A DNA stretch of 64,000 bases, taken from contig CAWJTA010000002.1 in assembly GCA_963845665.1 (NCBI GenBank), positions 2,733,581 through 2,797,580 on the forward strand. The letters run 5' to 3'. The notes beneath the pieces were generated by a model, which did no database searches, was not told where the DNA came from, and was given only the letters and a program-made list of their open reading frames with translations. This DNA comes from an uncultured Verrucomicrobiae bacterium. GTDB taxonomy: Bacteria > Verrucomicrobiota > Verrucomicrobiia > Limisphaerales > UBA11358. Positions 38,847-48,062 of this stretch are shown here, one piece after another; position 1 is the stretch's first letter; every line of letters starts with the position of its first letter. The position numbers and the translations under genes were made by a program.

Positions 38847-39009
38847 GATTATTGATTTAGGGTTTTGTTTTTGTTTGCTGCGCTCTGCCAGGGCCAGGGT
38901 CCGCCGAGCCTCACCTCAACACGTAAATTGAAAATGCGACGCCGAAAACATTGTTGTCGGGTATTCATGCTGATAGTTAGTTTTTACACCAGTCGTGACT
39001 TCCGCACAA

Positions 39010-39025
39010 TCCGTCAAATGACGGA
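39010..39025. promoter_or_regulatory. 7-2-7 palindromic box TCCGTCA-AA-TGACGGA, copy A (between the LamG operon and the sensor kinase)
   Basis: Exact 16-mer. On the minus strand it is followed directly by TTGTGC (39004-39009), 17 nt, then TAAAAA (38981-38986). It lies 19 nt upstream of the kinase TTG start. Confidence 0.6.
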
Positions 39026-39043
39026 GACGCGCTTTTTCATTGA

Positions 39044-42000
39044 TTGGAAGGCGAATTTACTTTACGGTTGAGCCGCTTGAACCCCTCCCACGAACAGTAT
39101 TTTTTAGCCTCCTGGCGATGCTGTTGCGGTCTGCCAAAGCTGCTGTTCTGGGTGCTGCTGGTAAATTGTGCGTGCGACCCGAAAGCGCTCTGCCAGGAAT
39201 ACCAGGTTCGAAACTGGCACATAGAAGATGGCTTGCCGGACGGCGAAATCACAGCCATTGAACAAACCCCTGACGGCTATCTTTGGATCGGCACGGCAAA
39301 GGGGTTGGCCAGATTTGACGGGACTCGGTTTAAAAGTTTTAAAGCGGGGCCGGGTTCTGTTCTCACCGATTCGCAGATTACCAGCTTACTAACTGGTCGT
39401 GACGGTACACTGTGGATAAGCACGCAGGATGGGAGCGTCATTCGTAGACGGAATGGAAAATTTGAAAACACGCAGGCTCCGGTTGACATTTTGATCGACC
39501 AAAAGACAAAGCGCGCGCCTGGAAGCTGGTTATGGGATCGCCGCATGCGGGTCATTGAAGGAACAGAAGGCAAGGATTTGCTGGATGACAGCACTCATCT
39601 CATCGGAGATGCCGAAGGGGCCGTTTGGGAATACGTTTCGGACGGGATCGTTGCGCGATTGGATGGCAATAACTGGAAGATCTTTACGCCGACCAATGGG
39701 TTGCCAGGCGGCGGGGTCAAGCAACTAACGGCGGACCAGGAAGGACGTATTTGGATTGAAGCTGGAGGCAGGTTGTATCGCTTTGGCAGCGAGGGATGGA
39801 TTTACAATTCCAACGCGGTGTCCGTAGATGAGCCCTGGCCCGTATTTGCCCCGGCAAATCATGGAGGAATGTGGGTCGCCGAACCAAAAGAAGGTTCGTG
39901 GTTGCTTGGCGGCGGACAAGTGCGAAGATTTGCCGACGGGCAGTGGCAAAGCCGCCCGGAATTAATTCCGACGACTCCTTTCTCAGCGCGTTCAACCGTT
40001 ACCTGCCTGATGGAAGATCGTTCGGGCCGCATTTGGTATGGGACAGCGGCCGGCGGAGTTTTTTTCTCCAGCCCTGATGGCAATTGGGAAAGGTTGATTG
40101 CCAAGAATCCTTTTTCCCAGGGTTATATATCATGTTTGTTTCAGGATGCGCAGGGCAATATTTGGGTGGGAACGGTGGGAGATGGTCTTTACAGAATTGC
40201 CCTGCAGCCGCTGGCCATGCTTACGCTGCCTCCCCCGCTGGAGAATGCCGAGATCAGCACGATCAGCCTGGCGCACAACGGTGCCATTTGGGTAGGGACA
40301 GCCGGCTTTGGCCTGGCTCAATGGTATGATGATAAATTCAAAATTTATGGAGAGGCGCAGGGACTAAGTGACCCTCATGTCTGCACGATCTTTGAAGATT
40401 CACAAAGCAATGTATGGGCAGGGACTTCTGAAGGACTTTTCCAATTAAAAAACCAGCGCTTTACATCAGTTGCAGGACCGCCGGAGATGTCAAATTGGGT
40501 AAAAGCTCTGTTTGAAGACCATCATAGACGGCTCTGGATTGGCACGCTCGGTGGGTTGATATGTTTGCAGGACGGCCATTTTAAGGTATTCCACTTGCGC
40601 CCCGACCAGGGGTATTGCGATATAAGGAGCATAACTGAGGATGCGTCCGGCAATATTTGGATTGGAACCATCGGCCAGGGGTTGTTTTGCCTTCCCAATG
40701 ACCAGCCGGAGAAACTTCACCGGGTGGAAGATTATCCGGCGACCGATGCCCGATCACTTTTTTACAGTAAGGATGGGTCGCTATGGGTTGGCAGTTGGGG
40801 TGAAGGCTTAATCCGGAAATACCAAAACGCGTTTACAATTTTCACCACAGATGATGGGTTACCCAGCGACAGGATTCAATCTATAATAGATGACGACGGT
40901 GGCCGGCTTTGGCTAAGTACCGACAACGGGATCGTCGGGTTTTTGCCACAAGCGATCGAGAACTACAGGCGCGGAGACAACCCGCCGCCCTCATACGAGC
41001 ACGTATCCCTGTCGGAAGGATTGGCCAACCGGAGTTGTTCTGGCTCGGGCAAACCCGTATCTGCCCGTTTGGCGAATGGCATCCTTTTGTTTCCTGATTA
41101 TGAAGGCATCGCCGAACTTAATCCGCGCACAGCGGCAACCGAACCTTTGTTGCCCACTGTTTTGCTGGAGGAAGTGCTGGCGGATGGAAAGCCGCTGGTG
41201 GCTGCGCCTGGCGGAGAGTTGCGCGTTTCTTCCAGTGCGCGGCGAATTGAGTTCGATTATACCGCGCCTGATTTGACGCTGCAGCACAATCTGAATTTTC
41301 GATACAAATTGGAAGGATTAGACCACAACTGGGTAGAAGCGGGCGGTCAAAATGTGGCGTATTACAGCCAATTAAAACCAGGGCGATACCAATTCCAGGT
41401 TATGGTTGGCGGCAGTGACGGCGTATGGCACGGAATGACACATGCGGCAAACCTCTATGTTGTGCCGCGATTATGGGAGCGGCACTGGATACAGGCGTCA
41501 GGCGGCGGAATATTCGTTTGCGCGCTGGTTAGTGGAATTGTCTGGAGACAACGGCGCAAGTTTTTGTTGCAGGTCGAACGATTGGAAATGCAGGAGGCTG
41601 TGGAAAAGGAGCGCCGCCGCATTGCGCGAGACCTGCATGATGAACTCGGAGCGCGCCTGACAGCAACTGCCCTTCAGGGTGAGTTGGCCGCCCAGGACGG
41701 AACCATCTCTGATAGCGCAAAATTCGAACTCAATTTCATGAACCGGCGCGTTCGGCAACTTATCGGATCGGTTGACGAAGTCGTTTGGACGACCGATCCC
41801 CAAAACGATTCGCTTCCGAATCTGGCCGCCTATTTATGCGATTATATTGAAACTTTTCTCGCGCCCGTCGGGATCGGTTGCAGACTGGACGTGGACCCGG
41901 ACCTGCCGAATTTGCCCTTGCCGGCGCTTGCCCGGCGCAATTTGCTCCTGGGTTCCAAAGAAGCGCTCACCAACTGTGTTCGTCACGCCAATGCGAGAAT

Positions 42001-42232
42001 CATTTATTTCAAGATTCATCTTAAAGATCATCTGTTGAACATAGAAATTTCCGATGACGGCGGCGGCTTTGCATTTGACGGCATGCGCGCAGGCGGCAAA
42101 GGCCTTCTTAATATTAAGAGCCGGATGGAACTCATCAAAGGCGAAGCCACAATACGAAGCGCAATCGGAAAAGGAACAACTGTTTTGCTTTCATTACCGG
42201 TGCCAGGATTCATTCCGGGCAATAAGAAATAA
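39044..42232 (+). CDS. Sensor histidine kinase with periplasmic two-component-regulator-propeller + Y_Y_Y domains and a HisKA_3/HATPase_c transmitter
   Basis: Repeated 'G.LW(I/V)GT..GL' propeller blades, a Y_Y_Y region ('FRYKLEGLDHNWVEAGGQNVAYYSQLKPGRYQFQV'), a TM, H-box 'ERRRIARDLHDELGARL' and 'GKGLLNIKSRMEL'. The start codon is uncertain (TTG 39044 or later). Confidence 0.9.
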   Translation: MEGEFTLRLSRLNPSHEQYFLASWRCCCGLPKLLFWVLLVNCACDPKALCQEYQVRNWHIEDGLPDGEITAIEQTPDGYLWIGTAKGLARFDGTRFKSFKAGPGSVLTDSQITSLLTGRDGTLWISTQDGSVIRRRNGKFENTQAPVDILIDQKTKRAPGSWLWDRRMRVIEGTEGKDLLDDSTHLIGDAEGAVWEYVSDGIVARLDGNNWKIFTPTNGLPGGGVKQLTADQEGRIWIEAGGRLYRFGSEGWIYNSNAVSVDEPWPVFAPANHGGMWVAEPKEGSWLLGGGQVRRFADGQWQSRPELIPTTPFSARSTVTCLMEDRSGRIWYGTAAGGVFFSSPDGNWERLIAKNPFSQGYISCLFQDAQGNIWVGTVGDGLYRIALQPLAMLTLPPPLENAEISTISLAHNGAIWVGTAGFGLAQWYDDKFKIYGEAQGLSDPHVCTIFEDSQSNVWAGTSEGLFQLKNQRFTSVAGPPEMSNWVKALFEDHHRRLWIGTLGGLICLQDGHFKVFHLRPDQGYCDIRSITEDASGNIWIGTIGQGLFCLPNDQPEKLHRVEDYPATDARSLFYSKDGSLWVGSWGEGLIRKYQNAFTIFTTDDGLPSDRIQSIIDDDGGRLWLSTDNGIVGFLPQAIENYRRGDNPPPSYEHVSLSEGLANRSCSGSGKPVSARLANGILLFPDYEGIAELNPRTAATEPLLPTVLLEEVLADGKPLVAAPGGELRVSSSARRIEFDYTAPDLTLQHNLNFRYKLEGLDHNWVEAGGQNVAYYSQLKPGRYQFQVMVGGSDGVWHGMTHAANLYVVPRLWERHWIQASGGGIFVCALVSGIVWRQRRKFLLQVERLEMQEAVEKERRRIARDLHDELGARLTATALQGELAAQDGTISDSAKFELNFMNRRVRQLIGSVDEVVWTTDPQNDSLPNLAAYLCDYIETFLAPVGIGCRLDVDPDLPNLPLPALARRNLLLGSKEALTNCVRHANARIIYFKIHLKDHLLNIEISDDGGGFAFDGMRAGGKGLLNIKSRMELIKGEATIRSAIGKGTTVLLSLPVPGFIPGNKK

Positions 42233-42236
42233 CCTT

Positions 42237-42887
42237 ATGAAAATTAAAGTCGGCATTGTCGAGGATGATCACGAGGTCAGGGAAAATTGGATCAAGGTTT
42301 TGAACGCCCATCCAAGGCTCAAATGTGTTGCAGCCTGCGACTCAGGTGAAATGGCGGTCAAGCAATTTCCTGATTACCGTCCGGAAGTAGTCCTGATGGA
42401 TATCAATTTGCCGGGCATGTCAGGGATTCAATCAACTGCGCTCTTGAAGGAACTCATGCCCAGGACCCAAATTCTCATCGTGACGATTTATTCCAACAAC
42501 AATTTCATATTTGACGCCCTTCAGGCTGGAGCCAGCGGCTACATTTTAAAGACCAATTCATCAGTGGAAGTCATTAAATCGATCATCGAAGTCGTTGATG
42601 GCGGCGCGCCGATGACCGGCCAGATTGCCCGCCGGGTTATTGAGGTCTTTCGAAAGCCGGTGCGCAGCGACCTGTCCAAAGCACAATTGACCACGCGGGA
42701 AAAAGAGATTTTGGAATTAATTGCCAAGGGTTATACCAACAAAGAAATCGCCTCGCATATCCAGGTAGAGGTGTCCACGGTGCGAACCCATATCGAACAT
42801 ATCTACGAAAAACTGCACGTTCACTGTCGAACGCAAGCCGCGGCAAAATTTTTGGGAAATACGGGTCACGATAAATCGGAAAAGTAA
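42237..42887 (+). CDS. NarL/FixJ-family response regulator (receiver + LuxR-type HTH)
   Basis: ATG lies 4 nt after the kinase stop. 'IKVGIVEDDHEVRE...VVLMDINLPGMSG', HTH 'LTTREKEILELIAKGYTNKEIASHIQVEVSTVRTHIEHIYEKLHV'. Confidence 0.93.
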   Translation: MKIKVGIVEDDHEVRENWIKVLNAHPRLKCVAACDSGEMAVKQFPDYRPEVVLMDINLPGMSGIQSTALLKELMPRTQILIVTIYSNNNFIFDALQAGASGYILKTNSSVEVIKSIIEVVDGGAPMTGQIARRVIEVFRKPVRSDLSKAQLTTREKEILELIAKGYTNKEIASHIQVEVSTVRTHIEHIYEKLHVHCRTQAAAKFLGNTGHDKSEK

Positions 42888-42946
42888 GCGCATGAGGCCG
42901 CCAAAGCTGTTCAGCGTTCACCGGCCTCAATCCAACGGATGTTATT

Positions 42947-44824
42947 GTGAAAACTATTTTTAATACCCGGGCAACGCCGATTTCCAGTTTCTTTCGGCTT
43001 TGGTCGCGAATTTGCCCTCCTCTGCCAATTCTCATCTTGCTTTTGAATCTTTGCGGGACCAGGACCCATGCTTTGGATCTTTTTCCGTCCGGTGACACGC
43101 ATCAAACGGCAACCGGTGATAAGGCTCCAGCAGCGCTTTCCTCCAGCCCTGGACGGAATCTTTCAGATCCCTCGCAGTTCACATTTGTCATGGACATGGT
43201 CCATAACAATCCCGGTGAACCGCTCCAACCCACCATCTTTCGCAATCCAAAAACCTTGAGCGATTTAGGTTATAACGGCCAGGTAATAATGGCTGAAGCC
43301 GACTCGTGCGAGAGCTTTGACTCAATCGCGCACGACATTTTGCCAAAGGGCAACGAGGCGCGGATTTGGATCGATCAGCACGCGCAGACGCTCGAACATC
43401 TGGCCGCTCAAGCCCATTCCGCCGGAATCAAAGCGTATGCCTGGATGCAATTCATCGTGCTTCCCAAGGCCCTGGTGGCGCGTTTCAAGGGCGAGATCTG
43501 CGATGACCAGGGCCGCATAGACCTTGAACGTCCTATGACGCAGAAGATAATCCGCGCGCAGATCGATGAATTGTTCGACCGCTGCCCCTCCCTCGACGGC
43601 CTGGTCGTGCGTACTGGCGAAATTTATTTGTTCGACAGCCCGTACCATGCTTCCAGCGGCCAAAGCGGTGAAAATAAAATGCAAGGCGCCACCGCGATCA
43701 TTCACGGGCCGGACAGCCATATTGCCCTGTTAAAAATCCTGCGCGACGAAGTTTGCGTGCAACGCGGAAAAATGGTTTTTTACCGAACCTGGGATTTTGG
43801 CGACAATTTTCATATCAACCCGAAATATTATCTGAAAGTAACCGATGCAATTGAACCGCATCCGAACCTCATCTTTTCCATCAAACCGCAGGCGGGAGAT
43901 TTTTTGCGCATGACCCCGTTTAATCCAACGCTTGGCATCGGCGCGCACCGGCAAATCGTGGAAGTTGAGTGCCAATGCGAAGCGTATGGCAAAGGCGCCC
44001 ATCCTTATTATGTTGGTGACGGCGTTATTAACGGCTGGGAGGAATATGCTGTGAAATCCGGCCGGCCAAAAGGCCTGCGTGATATTGTAAACAACAGGAA
44101 CTTTGCCGGTGTGTGGACGTGGTCGCGTGGCGGCGGTTGGGAAGGACCTTACATTACGAACGAACTTTGGTGCAGGTTGAATGCGTACGTTATTACCAAA
44201 TATATTGAGGCCCCAAAGTGCACTGAAGAGGAAGTCTTCAACGAGTTCGCCACTCGGCAACTTGGCTTAAAGGGGGTCGATATCAGGCGCTTCCGTGAAC
44301 TCAATCTGCTGGCAGCCGCAGCCGTGTTGCGAGGGCAATGCAGCCTATTAGGGCCCGTAGACCTTTGGTGGGCGCGAGACGATTTTATAGCGGCCCCGAA
44401 TTTGGATTTCTTTATCACGAATAACATGGTCGCTGACGCGCTTGCAGAAAAAGCCGAGGCAGTATCCATGTGGAAAAAAATTAATTCACTGGCGCAACAA
44501 ATAAACTTCCCCGATCCGCGGACAAAAGAATTTGTAGTCACGTCAGCCGCTTACGGACGCATCAAATATTCAATTTTTGAGCAGGCATGGACCATATTGC
44601 TTTACGGCGCTTCAGGGGATAAATCGGGGCATTACGACCGCAAGAGACTTTCGACTGCCATCGCCAAATACGATCGGCTATGGAAAGACTGGCAAAGACT
44701 AAAGGACCAGCATCCATCCTGTGCAACGCTATATAAGGATGTTGCTTTTCAGGATGAACCGGGCATCGGCGATGCCGTAAATCGTTATCGAAAAATCTGC
44801 CAAAAATCTCCGCCTGATTCTTGA
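42947..44824 (+). CDS. Secreted hypothetical protein, possible glycoside hydrolase
   Basis: Signal-like N-terminus, long clean ORF, 'MDMVHNNPGEP...' and a TIM-barrel-like alternation. I cannot assign a family from memory. Confidence 0.5.
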   Translation: MKTIFNTRATPISSFFRLWSRICPPLPILILLLNLCGTRTHALDLFPSGDTHQTATGDKAPAALSSSPGRNLSDPSQFTFVMDMVHNNPGEPLQPTIFRNPKTLSDLGYNGQVIMAEADSCESFDSIAHDILPKGNEARIWIDQHAQTLEHLAAQAHSAGIKAYAWMQFIVLPKALVARFKGEICDDQGRIDLERPMTQKIIRAQIDELFDRCPSLDGLVVRTGEIYLFDSPYHASSGQSGENKMQGATAIIHGPDSHIALLKILRDEVCVQRGKMVFYRTWDFGDNFHINPKYYLKVTDAIEPHPNLIFSIKPQAGDFLRMTPFNPTLGIGAHRQIVEVECQCEAYGKGAHPYYVGDGVINGWEEYAVKSGRPKGLRDIVNNRNFAGVWTWSRGGGWEGPYITNELWCRLNAYVITKYIEAPKCTEEEVFNEFATRQLGLKGVDIRRFRELNLLAAAAVLRGQCSLLGPVDLWWARDDFIAAPNLDFFITNNMVADALAEKAEAVSMWKKINSLAQQINFPDPRTKEFVVTSAAYGRIKYSIFEQAWTILLYGASGDKSGHYDRKRLSTAIAKYDRLWKDWQRLKDQHPSCATLYKDVAFQDEPGIGDAVNRYRKICQKSPPDS

Positions 44825-44923
44825 TTTCATCTTTTGATCGTGAAGCAAAAACGCTCAAATCAATTTAACGTTTGGATTGCTTCATGGACTGATCACCAAT
44901 CACCAGGACATTGTGCTTTTGGG

Positions 44924-46327
44924 TTACGGCTTGGTGGCCAGAGTCACTTTGAAGACCATGTCTCCAAACGTTTTTACATCGAGCCAGTCACGGTTCTGAA
45001 GCAATAGGACTCCAATGTCATCAAACTGGACAGGTGACCCGGTCCGCAGATCGACGACAGAGGCAATTTTGTATCCATTTTTTGGCACGCGCAAATGATC
45101 CGCATCCGGTGCAGTCGTGACGTGAATATAGAGAACAGTTGGATCTTTTAAAGAGACTGTAATTGAACCGTAGGCGCCGTCATTCCACCAGCCCGGGTTG
45201 AGCGCCGAGCCTTCGCCGCCAACCGTGTCATAGATCGATTCTGCGGCCCATGCGAAATAATTATGCAGACATTGAACCATCGGCTGGAGACTGGGAGCAA
45301 GCTTGCCATCAATCATAGGCCCGACGCCGAGCGCAAAATTCCACTCGCGCCGCTGGCCCAGCGAAGAAACCATCTGCCTGACGACGAACGTCGGGTCTTT
45401 GGCGTAACGTGAGTTTTGGTAGCCATCGACGTCCGGCCCCCTGGACGTATACCACCAGGTGCCGACGCAGGGGATGTCTTCATTATAGTCGCGGTCGGGC
45501 GGGAGAAGCCCCCACCGGACATGGGTCTTAACCAAGCCGGAAGGCCGGCTATAATCCGGATCAGCCGGGCCGGTTAGAAATTCAGTCGTTCCATAGTCGA
45601 TGTTTGGATCACTTGTGCTGCCCCATCCAAAATAATCATCGTTGTTATGAACGACGATACACCCGGGGAAGTGCTGCCTCATGTAGGCGGGCAGGTCGGA
45701 TGGACTTCCATCGATCCAGAACCCGGCAATCTCGCCGGGGCAACGGGCCGCCAATTCGTCAAGCAATCCTTTTGTTGCTTCAACATATTTCTTTTCGTTT
45801 CGCATCGATTCGTCGAGCCAGTCGCCTCCTTCAAAACCATGATCAGGTCCGCCACAAAGATAGAGCATCAGCGGGATATGTTCCTCATGACAGCGAGCCG
45901 CCAGGGCGCCTATGTAATCCTTCGTCGTCGTAACCTTAAAACCAGGCGTTTTAGCCGGGAAAAGTACTGCATGGCGATCATCGCTGTGCAGCAATGAAAA
46001 AGTGATATATCTTGCCCCCATCATTTTAGCCGTGGCCACAATATTACTGGCAATAGCATTAGGATTGTCGGCCGCCGCTTCAAACTCGGCAATGGTATTG
46101 TAATGCGTGACGTTCGCGTTGTCGTTACTGGCCCCTGTGTACAATCCCCAGTGGCAGAAAAGCCCAAACCGGGCCGGCGCATACCACTGGCTCACCCGTT
46201 CCTGGCGTTCCTGATATTCTTTCTTAAGAGGCAAATCTCCTTCAATATTCAGAGCGTCACCAGCGCGGGCAGAAACGATTACAAATAGAATAGCAATAAA
46301 TTGGGCGGCTATGCGGGTTCGCGTCAT
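44924..46327 (-). CDS. GH29-like (alpha-L-fucosidase family) protein
   Basis: Signal peptide. 'ARFGLFCHWGLYTG', 'AKMMGARYITFSLLHSDD...' and 'IPLMLYLCGG' resemble the GH29 N-terminal barrel. The similarity is distant. Confidence 0.5.
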   Translation of the reverse strand: MTRTRIAAQFIAILFVIVSARAGDALNIEGDLPLKKEYQERQERVSQWYAPARFGLFCHWGLYTGASNDNANVTHYNTIAEFEAAADNPNAIASNIVATAKMMGARYITFSLLHSDDRHAVLFPAKTPGFKVTTTKDYIGALAARCHEEHIPLMLYLCGGPDHGFEGGDWLDESMRNEKKYVEATKGLLDELAARCPGEIAGFWIDGSPSDLPAYMRQHFPGCIVVHNNDDYFGWGSTSDPNIDYGTTEFLTGPADPDYSRPSGLVKTHVRWGLLPPDRDYNEDIPCVGTWWYTSRGPDVDGYQNSRYAKDPTFVVRQMVSSLGQRREWNFALGVGPMIDGKLAPSLQPMVQCLHNYFAWAAESIYDTVGGEGSALNPGWWNDGAYGSITVSLKDPTVLYIHVTTAPDADHLRVPKNGYKIASVVDLRTGSPVQFDDIGVLLLQNRDWLDVKTFGDMVFKVTLATKP

Positions 46328-46329
46328 AA

Positions 46330-48051
46330 CTATTTGGCCCGTGGATCGAGATCAAAATTGCGAAACATGCGTAGATTGACCGGACTGCGTCCCGTGAAGC
46401 GGATCTCCCCAAAGAGCCCGCGCATCAGTGCTGTCAAAACGGCATCAGAAGCATCATAGGCGTTTATATAGGTGTCGGCTGCCACAAATTCGTCGCTGTG
46501 GAAAGGATTATCGAGTGAAATGACAATGGTTTTTTGGCCGCCAGCCATACCCGAGGTCCAGGTGTCTGACTGTGCCGGGCTGTCATCCCAGGTTTGAAAG
46601 CCGATTTCCCCAACCAGGTAGATGATAAGGTCATTTTCCGCCGCAACTTTGGTTATGTCGTCCAACCAAAGTCCCCTGTGAATGGAAGCAGAAATGCCGC
46701 GGGCCGCAAAAGCCGCCTGCAAGTGTTCAGCTGCATCTTCGACGCGCACGTGTTTGCTCGTTATTGGAATGATGGCGACATGGTGGATGGCAGTGGAATT
46801 TAGGGGCAAAAGGTGATTGCGATCACGAACCAGTGTAATGCTTTTTTCCGCGATGTTCTGCGCTGTCTCTTCGACGAAAATTCTGTCCCTGCTGTCCAAT
46901 GGACGTGATGCGGGAGCATCTATATCCAGCAGGCCAAGTTTTTGCTTTAACCGCCAGATGCGTTCCACGGCGTCGTCGAGTCGTGACACGGGAACGCGAC
47001 CACTTGCTATCGCCTTTTCCATGTCATCAAAATATCGTTCCGGCGGCCAAAGCAACATATCCGTGCCCGCAGCGAAGCAATGGACGCATGCGTCGTCGCC
47101 ATAAAATTTGCTGAAACCGCCCATAATCAACGCGTCAGAAACCACGACGCCTTTAAATCCCATTTTTTGCTTTAGAAGCTTGGTAATTAAATCGTGGGAA
47201 AGCGTGGCCGGCAGATAACGGCCATCCACCTTTCCCGATTCGCTCTGATAACACGGCAGGGAAATGTGACCGGCCATGATCGCCATCACATTATTATCGA
47301 TCAGCGCCTGGAAAACGGCGCCGTGGTTTCGGTCCCATGCCGCTTGCGTCAGCCCATTGCAGGAAGTGGTTTCGTGCTGGTTGCGATAATCCACTCCATC
47401 GCCGGGGAAATGCTTGGCAGTGGCGGCCACTCCGTTGTCCTGGTAACCGTTCACTATACTAATTAAAAGTGGCGTTGCCATCTGCGGGTCATCCGATATG
47501 CTGCGATCGGCCACGATGTAGTTGAACGGGTTTTGCACAAGGTCCGCCACGGGAGTAAACAGCCAGTTGAACCCGATTGAGCGCGCCTCGATGGCAGTGG
47601 CTCGTCCAAAATCGTATGCGAGCCTTCTTGATCGGGTCGCTCCCACACCTGGTAAATGGGTAATCCTTGTAAAACCCCGTACATTCGCGCCGGCGCCCGA
47701 CTCCATGTCCCCACAAATAATCAGGGGAATTTGCGAAGCTTTGCGCAATCGCACGATGCGCTCTTCTATTTGAGATGCCGCAGGCCCGCTGTCAAAAATG
47801 ACAGTCCCTCCATCAAATACACCGCCCACGGGATAATGCTTGAGATAGAGAGCCAGTTCCGCATCTGTCGTACCGCTATGAACCAATGATTCGCCCCGCA
47901 TTATCACGGTCTGGCCTATCTTTTCACGCAAGGATAGTCTTTTCCAGCCATCGTCCAGAGGCTGCGTTTTCAATTCGCCCTGTGCACCGCACGCAATTAA
48001 GCTAATCAGATAAAACGCAGAAATGCTGGCGATGGTATTCTTGTTGCTCAC
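46330..48051 (-). CDS. Glycoside hydrolase family 3 protein (NagZ / beta-glucosidase-like)
   Basis: 'LREKIGQTVIM', 'GFNWLFTPVADL', 'KHFPGDGVDYRNQH', 'MGFKGVVVSDAL'. There is a 2-nt gap to the downstream gene and an 11-nt gap to the upstream gene. Confidence 0.85.
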   Translation of the reverse strand: MSNKNTIASISAFYLISLIACGAQGELKTQPLDDGWKRLSLREKIGQTVIMRGESLVHSGTTDAELALYLKHYPVGGVFDGGTVIFDSGPAASQIEERIVRLRKASQIPLIICGDMESGAGANVRGFTRITHLPGVGATRSRRLAYDFGRATAIEARSIGFNWLFTPVADLVQNPFNYIVADRSISDDPQMATPLLISIVNGYQDNGVAATAKHFPGDGVDYRNQHETTSCNGLTQAAWDRNHGAVFQALIDNNVMAIMAGHISLPCYQSESGKVDGRYLPATLSHDLITKLLKQKMGFKGVVVSDALIMGGFSKFYGDDACVHCFAAGTDMLLWPPERYFDDMEKAIASGRVPVSRLDDAVERIWRLKQKLGLLDIDAPASRPLDSRDRIFVEETAQNIAEKSITLVRDRNHLLPLNSTAIHHVAIIPITSKHVRVEDAAEHLQAAFAARGISASIHRGLWLDDITKVAAENDLIIYLVGEIGFQTWDDSPAQSDTWTSGMAGGQKTIVISLDNPFHSDEFVAADTYINAYDASDAVLTALMRGLFGEIRFTGRSPVNLRMFRNFDLDPRAK

Positions 48052-48062
48052 TTATTAAATGT

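Noticed and set aside
38865-39071. A 68-aa ORF in the divergent region between the LamG operon and the sensor kinase.
   Set aside because: It spans the palindromic box and the promoter-like elements. It has no RBS and no recognisable motif, and its composition looks non-coding.
42928-42952. 'caatccaacggatgttattgtg' upstream of the 42947 gene looks like a collapsed version of the island box plus its TTGTGA element.
   Set aside because: The central 'gtcaaatg' is missing, so no palindrome remains. The TTGTGA overlaps the GTG start codon itself. The gene is more simply explained as co-transcribed with the kinase/regulator pair.
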